From NCBI GenBank assembly GCA_038207085.1, contig JBBRAE010000008.1, forward strand, positions 32,001 to 96,000: a DNA stretch of 64,000 nucleotides. The letters are read 5' to 3'. A program made the position numbers and the translations under genes. Of the stretch, positions 46,668-56,758 are shown piece after piece. A model generated the notes under the pieces. It saw only the letters and a list, made by a program, of their open reading frames with translations. It made no database searches and was not told the origin of the DNA. The number at the start of each line of letters is the position of its first letter. Position 1 is the stretch's first letter. The stretch is from Armatimonadota bacterium. Lineage in GTDB: Bacteria > Armatimonadota > UBA5829 > DTLH01.

Positions 46668-49600
46668 CTATTTATCTCCCTTGGGTGCTATTTTGAGGAT
46701 GATCATATCGTGTTTCTTGAGCGAGAACTTGACAGCATTGCCTTTGACTGGCAGCGGCTCTGAGTTTTCTTTTTCGGTGTCGGTGACGGTGTAGGTGCCC
46801 AAACCGAGCGTTGTCGGGTGGATCTTGAGCTTGATCTCTTCGTCCTTTTCGGAGTAGCTGACGACGACTGCGATCGCCTCTTTGCCCGGCACACTGTATA
46901 CGACCGTCGGGATGTCTCTGTTGCCTGTCGTAACTGGCAGCGTGCGGTCGTCCCAGTAGCGGTAGACCTGAAGCGTGGGGTCGTCGAGAATGTTTAGTAT
47001 GGGTTGCGGAACATCTCCGTCGAGTTCGTGCACCAGCCTTACGGCCCTGAACGTTCTTTGTATCCACTGGTCGTTTTCCTGCGGTCCATGGTCGCCGAGG
47101 AGCACCGGCCATACCCCTGAGAGCTCGCCGGTTGTTGCGAGCTTGATATACTCGCGGGTGAACCTGTCCTGTACCTCACCGCGCGAATACTGCCACTCCC
47201 AGTCATACTGCACCGTTGAGAAACTCATAATCGGCAGTGGGTTGAAGCTTGTCATGTGCGGGAATGTGATCGGGAGCATCCCGCGCTCGTTCATCATGAC
47301 AAACGTGCGCTTGACGAGGTCCCGAAGCTCCCAGAACCCGGATGCAGGGATGACTGAGCCATCAGTGGACTCGTAGGCGTCGGTCATCTCTGTGTTTCTG
47401 GTGGGGACTATGAACATGTTGTCCCAGTAGACGCCCTTGTTATTTCCGACCTCGAAGCTTTTTGTATACCAATACATGCAGTAGTCTAGGTAGGACTGGG
47501 TGGGGACCACTTTGATCTCGCCGATGCCGTTACCCTTCTCAACTGTGCGAAGGTTGTCGCAGCTCCACTCGTCCTTGAACGTCTCGAACTCTTCGCAAGC
47601 CTGATAGCTTGCGCGGTTGTAGTAGAAGACCATCTTCTTGCCCTGACGATTTCTCAGATTTGGGCCGACGTGATGTTTGAATGTGGCGAGCCAGTCTGGG
47701 TAAGGCGCGAAGTACGGGCTTCCTCGCTCAATCACTTCCTGGATTAGGCTGTCTGGGGCCTGCTCTTTGTTGCCGCGGGCGATCGCCTCCCAGAGGAACA
47801 TATCTTTCCCTGCGGGGTAGACTGCGGCGCAGTTTCCAAGTGCAAACCAGTTGATATCGGTACCAAGAAGCGAGTAATGATCGCGGGCGTATCGGTAGCG
47901 CCACGAGTTCGGGTTTGAGTTCGCGGCAAGCCTCGGTTTCACAGGTGCTGCGAGCATCCCGAATGTGATCGTCCTTGGTTCGGTGATGACTGTCGGCTTG
48001 TTGACGAGGTGGATTCGCAGCACTACGTTCTTACCAGTGCGCACAAGTTCCATATTCGGCGTGGCGCTGTCCCAGAGCCATCCCTGGTCGTTTTCTGCGA
48101 ACCAGGAGAGCCCGCGCACTGCGTTGCCGACAAAAACATACGGGCAGAAGAGCCTCGGCCAGTCAAGGGTGCCGAGGTTCTTTGAGCTCCAGACGATGCC
48201 CTTCCCCTCAGGGATTTGCCGCGCTACAGGAACTCTGATGCGGTCGGCGTTGGCGTGGATCATCTCGCCGGTCTCAGCGTTGAACGGGATCTCAAGCGTG
48301 AGCTCATCGACCGTCTTGCCAGCCGACGGCTGCAGGGTGAGTTCGACTTTTACCGTGCCGTCATAGTCCCAGAGGCTTTTTGACGAGGCCCTGAGCGCTC
48401 CAGCTGTAAAGGTGGTCTCGGTTGTCACTTCGTTCTGCTTGGCTGATACGACACGGAGCGTGCCTGCTTGAATCGCTGTCGGTTTGCCGTCCACACGGGC
48501 GACGTAGCGCATGGGCGATGCAAGCATCGGTTTGGCGATGCCGGTGTTCGCCGACTCGCCGGTTATCTGGTCTAGCAGTCCAAGGCCGTTTAGCGTATGA
48601 TTGCGAAGGACGGTCGAGAGCGTGTTGCCAACTACTTTGATCGGAGTAAACGGCGCGTAGACCTTGTCACTGAGGCCCAGAGTGTTGTGTTCCCACTCAT
48701 AAACGGTTCGCTCGAAGGGTTTGACTATTGCCGCAGGGGCGTTTGTCCCACGTGGGCTAAGTACTAGCTCATACTGCCCTTTGAGCGGCGGCAGGTTCAT
48801 CTCAAGCTCCTGTTTGCCTGCCTTATCGAACCCGTCAAGCGATACGGGCTGCACTTTGACCGTCTTGCCGCCCGCTTCACGAACCGTAGCGCTCAGGCCG
48901 GCGAGCTTTGCGTCGCTGGGAAGCCCTGAGATGTCGATCGCAATGCGCATCTTGTTTGTGTAAGGGTAGTAAGCAAAGTCGAGCTTGAGCGGGGCTTTCT
49001 TGACAACAACGTCTCCGCCCTTGTAGACAAGCTTGGATGTGCGGGGCCACTTGGTGGCGCGGTCGTAGTAGACGGTTTTGCCGTCGGCGGAGGTGACGAG
49101 GATGCGCTGGTCAAAAGCGGTCGTCGCGTCGTCCTTGGGGCAGGTGATGACAAGGCTTTCGCGCGCTCCAGGGGCCAGTGTAAACTTCTTAGCCTGCCTG
49201 ATCTCGGGCATCCGGTCGCGGTCTATCACGATGGACGCATCAAGCTCCATCGGTGCGTTTGTCGGGTTGTATAGTGAAAGCGTTCCAGAGAAGTCGGAGA
49301 GAAACGGGTCGGAGCCGACCGAGTAACCGACCGCTGGGGCCGCTTTTGTGAACATGAACGGCAGTCCCTGGAAGAGATGTGGGCCGCCTGCGCTGAACCC
49401 GCCGTTTAGAGTCTGGCACGCGATGGAGCCAACTGCGCCGGTCGGGCCTTTCCACTCACGGGACAGGTTCAAAACCCAGACGCCATCCGTGATCTTGCGA
49501 ACTTTCTTGACCGCGCTCATGCTGGAGATCGGTACCGCGCACTCAAACTCCCAGTATCCGTTTCTGAAACCTATGGCTTTCTGCCAGCCGCCATCCCAGC

Positions 49601-50045
49601 CCGGGTCTTCCTGGGCATTGTTCAGCTCATGCACTCTGTAGGTTGCATATCCGAGGTGGTTCACGAGTAGCTGATACTGAAGCTGTTTGTAATCGTTTGG
49701 GATCGGGTTTATGTGCACGTCGACTGTGTCGTCGCTCCAAAACATCTGTGCAAGGTTTGCCCGGGGCTCTGATATCAGGCTCCCTTCGTCGGGGGTCTGT
49801 GTGCGTACCGCGAAGTAGAGCGTTTTCTCATCTGCGCTGACCCAGGCCTGCGCGCGCTGTTGGACAAGCCCTTCGGTACGACCGAAACCGTCAAATGAAG
49901 TGGCAGTAGCCCATTCACATGTTTCTATCTTGCCGTCAATCTGTGGTGGTGTGCTTGTTAGTGGTGATGTGAAGTTGTCGGCGTGAGCCGTGCCAACGAG
50001 TGCAGCAAGCATTGCGGCTGCCGCCAGTCTTTGAAGATGAAACAT
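46668..50045 (-). CDS. Large secreted protein: CBM9-like N-terminus plus putative glycoside-hydrolase-like (DUF6067-like) domain, paralogue 1
   Basis: Signal peptide ending AHA; 'PPQIDGKIETCEW'; segments such as 'SFEVGNNKGVYWDNMFIV' and 'LRDLVKRTFVMMNERGMLPITFPHMTSFN' are identical in paralogue 2. Confidence 0.75.
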   Translation of the reverse strand: MFHLQRLAAAAMLAALVGTAHADNFTSPLTSTPPQIDGKIETCEWATATSFDGFGRTEGLVQQRAQAWVSADEKTLYFAVRTQTPDEGSLISEPRANLAQMFWSDDTVDVHINPIPNDYKQLQYQLLVNHLGYATYRVHELNNAQEDPGWDGGWQKAIGFRNGYWEFECAVPISSMSAVKKVRKITDGVWVLNLSREWKGPTGAVGSIACQTLNGGFSAGGPHLFQGLPFMFTKAAPAVGYSVGSDPFLSDFSGTLSLYNPTNAPMELDASIVIDRDRMPEIRQAKKFTLAPGARESLVITCPKDDATTAFDQRILVTSADGKTVYYDRATKWPRTSKLVYKGGDVVVKKAPLKLDFAYYPYTNKMRIAIDISGLPSDAKLAGLSATVREAGGKTVKVQPVSLDGFDKAGKQELEMNLPPLKGQYELVLSPRGTNAPAAIVKPFERTVYEWEHNTLGLSDKVYAPFTPIKVVGNTLSTVLRNHTLNGLGLLDQITGESANTGIAKPMLASPMRYVARVDGKPTAIQAGTLRVVSAKQNEVTTETTFTAGALRASSKSLWDYDGTVKVELTLQPSAGKTVDELTLEIPFNAETGEMIHANADRIRVPVARQIPEGKGIVWSSKNLGTLDWPRLFCPYVFVGNAVRGLSWFAENDQGWLWDSATPNMELVRTGKNVVLRIHLVNKPTVITEPRTITFGMLAAPVKPRLAANSNPNSWRYRYARDHYSLLGTDINWFALGNCAAVYPAGKDMFLWEAIARGNKEQAPDSLIQEVIERGSPYFAPYPDWLATFKHHVGPNLRNRQGKKMVFYYNRASYQACEEFETFKDEWSCDNLRTVEKGNGIGEIKVVPTQSYLDYCMYWYTKSFEVGNNKGVYWDNMFIVPTRNTEMTDAYESTDGSVIPASGFWELRDLVKRTFVMMNERGMLPITFPHMTSFNPLPIMSFSTVQYDWEWQYSRGEVQDRFTREYIKLATTGELSGVWPVLLGDHGPQENDQWIQRTFRAVRLVHELDGDVPQPILNILDDPTLQVYRYWDDRTLPVTTGNRDIPTVVYSVPGKEAIAVVVSYSEKDEEIKLKIHPTTLGLGTYTVTDTEKENSEPLPVKGNAVKFSLKKHDMIILKIAPKGDK

Positions 50046-50357
50046 TCGATTCCCCTTTGAATAGTCCCTAAATCTGATAGACGTAATAGTACAGGTTTGA
50101 TAGCCATTTATCGGCTGCCTGTGGCCTGTTTGCTTTGCTGGGCAAATACGTTTGATAATCCCAGCGTTTCTATGGAATAGATGAGCATTGAAAGGCCTCG
50201 TTTCGACGAGATCACGCTCACAGATCTGACACGGAAAGGATTGATATCTAGGTCGATATACAACAGATGTGCATCAAATGCGCAGAGCTCGTTGTCACGG
50301 CCAGCGGTTGAATGATATAATGGAACAAGATATTACTCCAGAGGTTGATTCCCCGAT

Positions 50358-53300
50358 ATGACACGCCAGGCCGGGACACCTGAGTTTTCGGGCGAGGCTG
50401 GCTCCTCTCTACATTCGGATGGCTCCAAGTCGGCTGCAATACTGCGGACCCTTGAAGCGGCCCGGGCGGAGATCGGCGCCGAGTGCCTTGCGCTCGCGGC
50501 CCAGGACGGTAATCTAAGCCATGTCCTAACATGGAAGGCTGAGCTTGACGGATGCGCGGATGCCGCGAAATGCGTTGAAGCCGCCACGCGTGTCTGCGGG
50601 GACGCCGAAGCGTCCGATTCGGGCGTGCTTTCCATCACATTCGGATCAAACCGGCGAGCCGCGCTTGCCTCTGCGGCTGGCAGCACCGAGCTATTGGAGA
50701 AGATTTCCCCCCAGATTAACCTCGCCCTTGAGAACTACAGGCTCACTTGCGAGCTTGAAGCGGCCAAAGAACAGTCGAGAAAGCGCGTGGAGGAGGTTGC
50801 GGCGGTCTACGAGATAGGCGCGGCGATAACCGAGGTCGACACCTCTAACTTGCTCCCGATGATCACGGAAAAGGCCGCTCATGTTATGGACGCGCAGGCG
50901 TGTTCGCTCCTGATACGCGATTTCGAGAGCGATGAGCTTACGATCGAGGCAAGCTACGGGCTGGTCGACGACATCGTGCGGGGAACGAGAATCCCGGTGG
51001 GGCAGGGGATCGCGGGGCGGGTCGCTTCGACCGGCGAGGCGATGCTGATTCTCGATGTGGACTCCGACCCCAGGCTCCACGGTTTTGTGCGGGCGCGAAA
51101 AGACATCGCAGCCTCGATCTGCGCGCCGATGAAGGACGAAATGGGCCGGGTGATGGGGGTGCTGAACATCAGACGGCACTTCCCAGCGGAGCCCTTTACC
51201 GAAGAGGACGTGAAGCTCTTCTCCATCTTTGCCACCCAGGCCACACTCGCGATCTCAAACGCAAATCTCTATACCAGTCTCACCCGCCGAGTCGCCGAGA
51301 TCAGCACGATCTCCGACCTGTTGCGGGCGATCAACTCGACGCTCGACCTAGACGGCGTCTTGAACCAGGTCGCCGACAGCATCGTAGACGTTGTTGGCTT
51401 TGACCGCTGCTGCGTGTATCTCTCCGACCCGCGCACAGGCGAGCTTATAGCTGGCGTCTGCCGTGGTTACACTGAGGCTGAACTCGTCGCCCCGGTCGCG
51501 CCGGGTGACGGCATTGTCGGCCTTGCCGCGCGCGAGCACATCCCGATTTTTGCCCGCGACGGCGGGATCACCGACTACGATCACCCCGGAGTCGTTCGGG
51601 AGGACGCCCACCTCGCTGCCCCGATTGTAGTGCGCGAGGAATGCATCGGCGTTGTTATGGTCGACAACTCCGTGTCGAACCGGGCGATCCAGCCTTCTGC
51701 CGTGGAACTCCTATCGACGTTTGTCAGCCAAGCCGGTATCGCCATCGAAAACGCTCGGCTTTACGAGGCTATGGAAGAGAAATACAGCGAGCTGAACGTG
51801 CTCTTTGAGCACAGCAAGACGATCAGCTCGGCTTATGGCCTTGATAACGCCGCCACGATCGCAACCGACGTTGCGCGTAAAGCCGTCGCATGCGACGGCT
51901 GTGGGCTGCTTCTCTTGGACGAACGGCGGACCTCGATCGATCTCAAATCGGCGACCGGCGTCGACGGTGACGTGCTCGGCCTGGTGCGGGAGGTGTTGAC
52001 GAGCGATCACGCGCTTGAGCTTGTTCGTGAGCTTCGTTCTACTGTTCAGTTTACACACGAAACGGCGACAGGGCTCACACCAACGGCCCGGATTTTGATA
52101 GACCAGATCGCAGGTCCCGACGGCGCTGTGCTTTTGGTGCCGCTCCTTGCCGAGGATGCTCCGGTCGGTGCGCTTGTGATGTTCAGACGCGAGAAACCGG
52201 CGTTTGCGATCGGCGAGACCCAACTGCTTTCGATTGTTGCTTCCCAGGCTGCGGTCGTTCTGAAAAACGCTATCAGGTACGAGCAGAGGATGCGCCGTCA
52301 GGTGCTCGATCTCTCTACACTGTATGAGTTCTCGCGAAGAATCAGCTCGTCATCGAGCCTGGAAGAGGCGCTTGACGCGATTCTCTCCATTGTGATCGAT
52401 CTCGTCGACGCCGATGAAGCGGCGATATACGCGATCGACCACGAGCACGGGCTTATGGTGCCGACGGCTGTGAAGTGTACGGTCGGCAACCCGAGAAAAC
52501 TTGCCCCGCAGCCGCTTTCCGGCAACAATGTGATGAGTTGGACGGTGCGCGAGGCGAAAGCCGTCGTCTCGCCGGACGTGAGCCAGGACCAGCGTTTCGA
52601 CCCCATCAACTTGAGCGACAGGCCGATTCGCTCGCTTATGAGCATCCCGCTTATGGTGCAGGACGACGCGGTCGGCGTTCTTTCGGTCCACAGCGCGAAC
52701 CCGAATCTCTACTCCGAAGACGACGTGCGGGTGCTTTCCATCATCGCAAGCCAGAGCGCCGCTATATATAAAGAATTGGAAGCGCTCGCGACGCTTACGA
52801 GCTATACCTACAATATTCTTTCAAGTATTGCAGCAGGTGTCATCACGCTGGACAGCGGCGGGAAGGTGCTGACATGGAACAACGCGGCGGAAAAGATCGT
52901 CGGTGTCGTGGGGTACAAAGTCATCGGGAAGCTATTCCGGGATGTCGTGAAGTCGCTCAAGATGACCGATGAGGACAAAAAGAGCACTCTTGACATCATT
53001 GGGCACGTACAGTCCACAGGGCTGCTCTACCAGGGCTACAAGCTCGTCTATCACCCCCCCGGCCCGGACGTGATGTACTTGAACCTAAGCGCATCGGTTC
53101 TCTCGAACAACTCAGAGGAGCCGCTTGGAACCGTTATCATTTTTGAGGATATCACGCGAGATATCAAGATGGAAAACGAGTTCCGTCGGATGGGGGAGCT
53201 TGCGGCTGTCGGCCAGCTTGCGGCGAGCATCGCCCACGAGCTCAGGAACCCGTTGAGCTCGATCAAGGGCGCGGCGCAGTATCTGCAGAAGGAATTCGAG

Positions 53301-53903
53301 CACGAAGCTTCTATTGTAGAGTTCCTTGGTATTATAATAGATGAGGTGAACGGACTCTCGCGCCTCACTACGGAGTTTTTGGAGTATGCGCGGCCGATGG
53401 AGTTCGATATCGGCCCGGTAGACGTAAACGAGATCGTCGAAAAGACTTTGGCGCTGATGTGCGTTCACATCGTCGACAGCGGTGCAGTCGCCCACGAGAA
53501 GCTCGCGGCGGAACTGCCGCTCATACAGGCCGACGGCAAGCAGCTTGAGCATGTGCTCCGTAACATGATCATCAATTCGCTTCAGGCGATGCCCACGGGC
53601 GGCGAGATAACGATCATCACGCGCTCTATCGGCGGTCACAGTGTGGAGCTTGCAGTAAAAGACACCGGCTGCGGAATCGCCGAGGAGAAGCTCAGGAGCA
53701 TCTTTGTACCGTTCTTCACTACCAAGACCAAGGGAACAGGGCTTGGCCTCTCGGTCGTCCAGAAGATTGTGGAGAACCACAGCGGGCGGATACACGTAGA
53801 AAGCCGGGTCGGGCAAGGGACGATGTTCCGTATGATCCTTCCGGTCGCAGGAGCGCTGCGGCCAAACCCGCCGGAAGCCGATACTATTGATAGAAGACAG
53901 TAA
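50358..53903 (+). CDS. Soluble multi-GAF + PAS sensor histidine kinase (NtrB/AtoS-like)
   Basis: Four GAF repeats each ending 'Q(A)(x)(x)(A/V)IxNA'-like helices; PAS; 'IAHELRNPL', 'INSLQAM', 'DTGCGI', 'FFTTK..GTGLGL'. Confidence 0.93.
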   Translation: MTRQAGTPEFSGEAGSSLHSDGSKSAAILRTLEAARAEIGAECLALAAQDGNLSHVLTWKAELDGCADAAKCVEAATRVCGDAEASDSGVLSITFGSNRRAALASAAGSTELLEKISPQINLALENYRLTCELEAAKEQSRKRVEEVAAVYEIGAAITEVDTSNLLPMITEKAAHVMDAQACSLLIRDFESDELTIEASYGLVDDIVRGTRIPVGQGIAGRVASTGEAMLILDVDSDPRLHGFVRARKDIAASICAPMKDEMGRVMGVLNIRRHFPAEPFTEEDVKLFSIFATQATLAISNANLYTSLTRRVAEISTISDLLRAINSTLDLDGVLNQVADSIVDVVGFDRCCVYLSDPRTGELIAGVCRGYTEAELVAPVAPGDGIVGLAAREHIPIFARDGGITDYDHPGVVREDAHLAAPIVVREECIGVVMVDNSVSNRAIQPSAVELLSTFVSQAGIAIENARLYEAMEEKYSELNVLFEHSKTISSAYGLDNAATIATDVARKAVACDGCGLLLLDERRTSIDLKSATGVDGDVLGLVREVLTSDHALELVRELRSTVQFTHETATGLTPTARILIDQIAGPDGAVLLVPLLAEDAPVGALVMFRREKPAFAIGETQLLSIVASQAAVVLKNAIRYEQRMRRQVLDLSTLYEFSRRISSSSSLEEALDAILSIVIDLVDADEAAIYAIDHEHGLMVPTAVKCTVGNPRKLAPQPLSGNNVMSWTVREAKAVVSPDVSQDQRFDPINLSDRPIRSLMSIPLMVQDDAVGVLSVHSANPNLYSEDDVRVLSIIASQSAAIYKELEALATLTSYTYNILSSIAAGVITLDSGGKVLTWNNAAEKIVGVVGYKVIGKLFRDVVKSLKMTDEDKKSTLDIIGHVQSTGLLYQGYKLVYHPPGPDVMYLNLSASVLSNNSEEPLGTVIIFEDITRDIKMENEFRRMGELAAVGQLAASIAHELRNPLSSIKGAAQYLQKEFEHEASIVEFLGIIIDEVNGLSRLTTEFLEYARPMEFDIGPVDVNEIVEKTLALMCVHIVDSGAVAHEKLAAELPLIQADGKQLEHVLRNMIINSLQAMPTGGEITIITRSIGGHSVELAVKDTGCGIAEEKLRSIFVPFFTTKTKGTGLGLSVVQKIVENHSGRIHVESRVGQGTMFRMILPVAGALRPNPPEADTIDRRQ

Positions 53904-53938
53904 CCTCAGACTAAACTCTGATTGGAAGCGAGTGGAAA

Positions 53939-55150
53939 GTGGCTGCTAACAACACTGGAACGATTCTTATAGCTGATGACGAGCCCAATATCAGGCGAGT
54001 TATCGAGGCGGTGCTAACCAAGGATGGCTACACCGTAATAACCGCCGAAAACGGCAAAAAGGCGATCGACATAGTGTCGACGAACACATCGATCGACTGC
54101 ATGATCTCTGACCTCATCATGCCCGACGTCAACGGCGTCGAGCTCCTTGAGGCCGCCAAGGAGATAAACCCGAGCCTTTCGGTGATTATGATAACTGCGC
54201 ACGGCACCATAAAGAGCGCGGTAGATGCGATGCGCCTAGGCGCGTTCGACTACATCACCAAGCCTTTTGAGATGGACGAGCTAAAAGTTGTCGTCAAGCG
54301 AGCCCTCGAGCGCAGACACCTGATCAACGAAAATAGAGAGCTTCGCCAGCAGCTGAAGACCCGCTACAAGTTTGAGAACATCATCGGCTCATCAAGCGCC
54401 ATGCAGGAAGTCTATAAGATGGTCGAGCGCGTCGCCGACAGCCGGGCGACCGTGCTTGTGCGGGGTGAAAGCGGCACCGGCAAAGAGCTTATCGCCCGCG
54501 CGCTTCACTTCAACTCGACGCGTGCGCAGCACCCGTTTATCCCCGTCGTCTGCGTCGCACTCTCCGAGCAGCTTCTTGAAAGTGAGCTCTTCGGGCACGA
54601 GAAGGGGTCGTTTACTGGCGCTATGAATCAGAAAGCGGGGCGATTCGAGCTTGCCCACACCGGAACGCTTTTTCTCGATGAGATCGGCGACATCCCCGGC
54701 AACGTGCAGATGAAGCTTCTGAGGGTCATCCAGGAACGTGAGTTCGAGCGCGTCGGCGGCCTGAAGCCGATCAAAGTTGACGTAAGGCTCGTCACCGCGA
54801 CCAACCAGAACCTCGAAAAAGATGTGAAAGAAGGCAAGTTCAGGGAGGACCTGTTCTACCGTCTGCAGGTAGTTCAGATCAATCTGCCGCCGCTACGCGA
54901 GCGCATCGACGACGTTGCGCTTTTGGTCGAGCACTTTATCGGCAAGTTTGCCAAAGAAAACGGCAAAGATATCAAGTTTGCGAGCCCCGAGGCGCTTGAG
55001 ATAATGATGCATCACCGCTGGCCGGGGAACATCCGAGAGCTTGAGAACGTCTGCGAGCGGGCGATAGTGCTCGCTGACCCCAAGGCCCAGCTGATCACCC
55101 CCGACCTGCTTCCGCCCGCTGTAATTGCATCGGCAGTCGCTGCAAAGTAA
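53939..55150 (+). CDS. Sigma54-dependent response regulator (REC + AAA+) with no C-terminal HTH
   Basis: REC 'ADDE..DLIMP..KP'; Walker A 'GESGTGKE'; 'ESELFGHEKGSFTGA'; 'FLDEIG'; 'WPGNIRELEN'; the protein ends about 30 aa later. Confidence 0.92.
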   Translation: MAANNTGTILIADDEPNIRRVIEAVLTKDGYTVITAENGKKAIDIVSTNTSIDCMISDLIMPDVNGVELLEAAKEINPSLSVIMITAHGTIKSAVDAMRLGAFDYITKPFEMDELKVVVKRALERRHLINENRELRQQLKTRYKFENIIGSSSAMQEVYKMVERVADSRATVLVRGESGTGKELIARALHFNSTRAQHPFIPVVCVALSEQLLESELFGHEKGSFTGAMNQKAGRFELAHTGTLFLDEIGDIPGNVQMKLLRVIQEREFERVGGLKPIKVDVRLVTATNQNLEKDVKEGKFREDLFYRLQVVQINLPPLRERIDDVALLVEHFIGKFAKENGKDIKFASPEALEIMMHHRWPGNIRELENVCERAIVLADPKAQLITPDLLPPAVIASAVAAK

Positions 55151-55162
55151 ACATAATCATTT

Positions 55163-55193
55163 GTGGGGACGGGTCTATTGCACCCGTCCCCAC
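55163..55193. repeat. GC-rich hairpin (REP-like or terminator)
   Basis: GTGGGGACGGGT-CTATTGC-ACCCGTCCCCAC; perfect 12-bp stem with no T-tail. Confidence 0.6.
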
Positions 55194-55212
55194 TATCCTC
55201 CCAACCAATGGT

Positions 55213-55229
55213 TTGGCGCAATCTCTGCT
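55213..55229 (+). promoter_or_regulatory. Putative sigma54 (-24/-12) promoter
   Basis: TTGGCGCAATCTCTGCT; GG-N10-GC, ~19 nt upstream of the ATG at 55248. Confidence 0.4.
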
Positions 55230-55247
55230 GGGAAAACTATTAGATGT

Positions 55248-56123
55248 ATGGACACCCTACTTTTCAACCCAAACGCCGGGAAGGCGAAGAAGATAGGCTT
55301 GACTCCGGAGGACCTCGCCTCGCGGTTCTATGCTCGCGGAATCGAGGTGGAGTATCCGCCGTGTGCGACGGAGGCTGAGATCCTCGACGCCGCCACTCGC
55401 TCCGGGGGCCGGGTGATTGTCGCGGGTGGCGACGGGACGATTCATGCGCTTCTGCAGGCGGTCGACCGCTGCCGTGCGCTTCGTCTCGGGATCATCCCCG
55501 TAGGCTCGGCGAACCATCTCGCAAACGCGCTTGGCATACCGACAGACATCGACGCGGCGATCGACGTTTTCGCTGAAGGACACACCCGCGAGATCGATCT
55601 TGGCAGGGTAAACGGCGTCGTGTTTTCGCAGGCCGCTGGTGTCGGGTTTCACGCTGCTATATTTCGTGCCTACGGCGAGCGCACCGAGAAGAGCCGGGTC
55701 GATGCCATCTCCGCAGCTATCGCGACGTTCTCGGACTGGGCCCCACAGCTAGTTCGGGTGATCATCGACGGCGTGCCCTATGTCGAGGAAGTCTTCCAAG
55801 TTACAGCCGCCAACACCTCGATGTATGGTGGGCAGTTCCAGATCGCCCCTGACGCAGTGATTGACGACGGCCTGCTCGATGTCATCATAGTCGGGAGTCT
55901 GAACAAGGTTGAGATCATCGAGTATAGCGTTGCGGCAGCCATGGGCGCCCATCTGGGCCTGGCGAAGACCTATATCACCCGGGCAAAACGTGTGGAAGTC
56001 GCCGCAGTGGGCGACGAGCAACTGGCGATTCACGCCGACGCGATGTCGGTCGGGTTCACTCCCGCCGAGATCGAGGTGCTGCCCGGATGCCTGCAAGTCG
56101 TGGTCCCGGAGGCGGTGCCATGA
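55248..56123 (+). CDS. Diacylglycerol kinase family (YegS/BmrU) lipid kinase
   Basis: 'FNPNAG', 'AGGDGT', 'IPVGSANHLA', 'IDLGRVNG', 'DDGLLDV'. Confidence 0.9.
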   Translation: MDTLLFNPNAGKAKKIGLTPEDLASRFYARGIEVEYPPCATEAEILDAATRSGGRVIVAGGDGTIHALLQAVDRCRALRLGIIPVGSANHLANALGIPTDIDAAIDVFAEGHTREIDLGRVNGVVFSQAAGVGFHAAIFRAYGERTEKSRVDAISAAIATFSDWAPQLVRVIIDGVPYVEEVFQVTAANTSMYGGQFQIAPDAVIDDGLLDVIIVGSLNKVEIIEYSVAAAMGAHLGLAKTYITRAKRVEVAAVGDEQLAIHADAMSVGFTPAEIEVLPGCLQVVVPEAVP

Positions 56124-56758
56124 ACGTAGCCCTCCACGTCCACACGAACTTTTCAGCCTGTTCTGAGAGCAAACTCCCCGCTATCGCCGAGTACTGCAGG
56201 CGAGGCGGGATCGACGCGATCGCGATCACCGACCACAACCGCATCGACGGCGCGCTGGCCTTTGCAAAAGAAGCGCCGGACCTGCATGTGATAATCGGTG
56301 AGGAGATATCGACGATGCACGGTGAGGTGGTCGGCCTGTTTCTAAGCAAAAAGATCGAGGCCGGGGGAAACCTGCGTGAGACCTGCATCGAGATCAAGCG
56401 CCAGGGCGGTCTCGTCTACGTGCCGCACCCCTTTGACAAGTTCAAGGTCCACCGCGTGCGCAGGCGGAGGCTTTCAGAGATAATCGACCTCGTAGATATA
56501 ATCGAAGTCTTCAATGCAAAGATCAGCCTGCCGATGTACAACGTTCGGGCGCTCCACGTAGCAGAGCGCTTCGGCAAGGTCGGTGCAGTTGGAAGCGACT
56601 CCCACTTTGTCGCATCGATCGGGAGCGCAATCAACATAATGGAGCCATTCACCGACCCCGCAAGCTTCCTCGAAAACCTCCGTCAAGCCAGATTCCACAC
56701 CGAAGCCTCAGGCCTGCTGTCGACCTGGTGGGTTAGGATGCGTAAGATGGTCAGTTAG
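56120..56758 (+). CDS. PHP domain metal-dependent phosphoesterase
   Basis: 'LHVHTNFS', 'AITDHN', 'GEEI', 'VPHPF', 'GSDSH'; ATGA overlap with the upstream gene. Confidence 0.9.
   Translation: MNVALHVHTNFSACSESKLPAIAEYCRRGGIDAIAITDHNRIDGALAFAKEAPDLHVIIGEEISTMHGEVVGLFLSKKIEAGGNLRETCIEIKRQGGLVYVPHPFDKFKVHRVRRRRLSEIIDLVDIIEVFNAKISLPMYNVRALHVAERFGKVGAVGSDSHFVASIGSAINIMEPFTDPASFLENLRQARFHTEASGLLSTWWVRMRKMVS

Noticed and set aside
43302..50045. Diversity-generating retroelement template/variable repeat pair
   Set aside because: The similarity spans whole paralogous genes, the differences are not adenine-specific, and there is no reverse transcriptase
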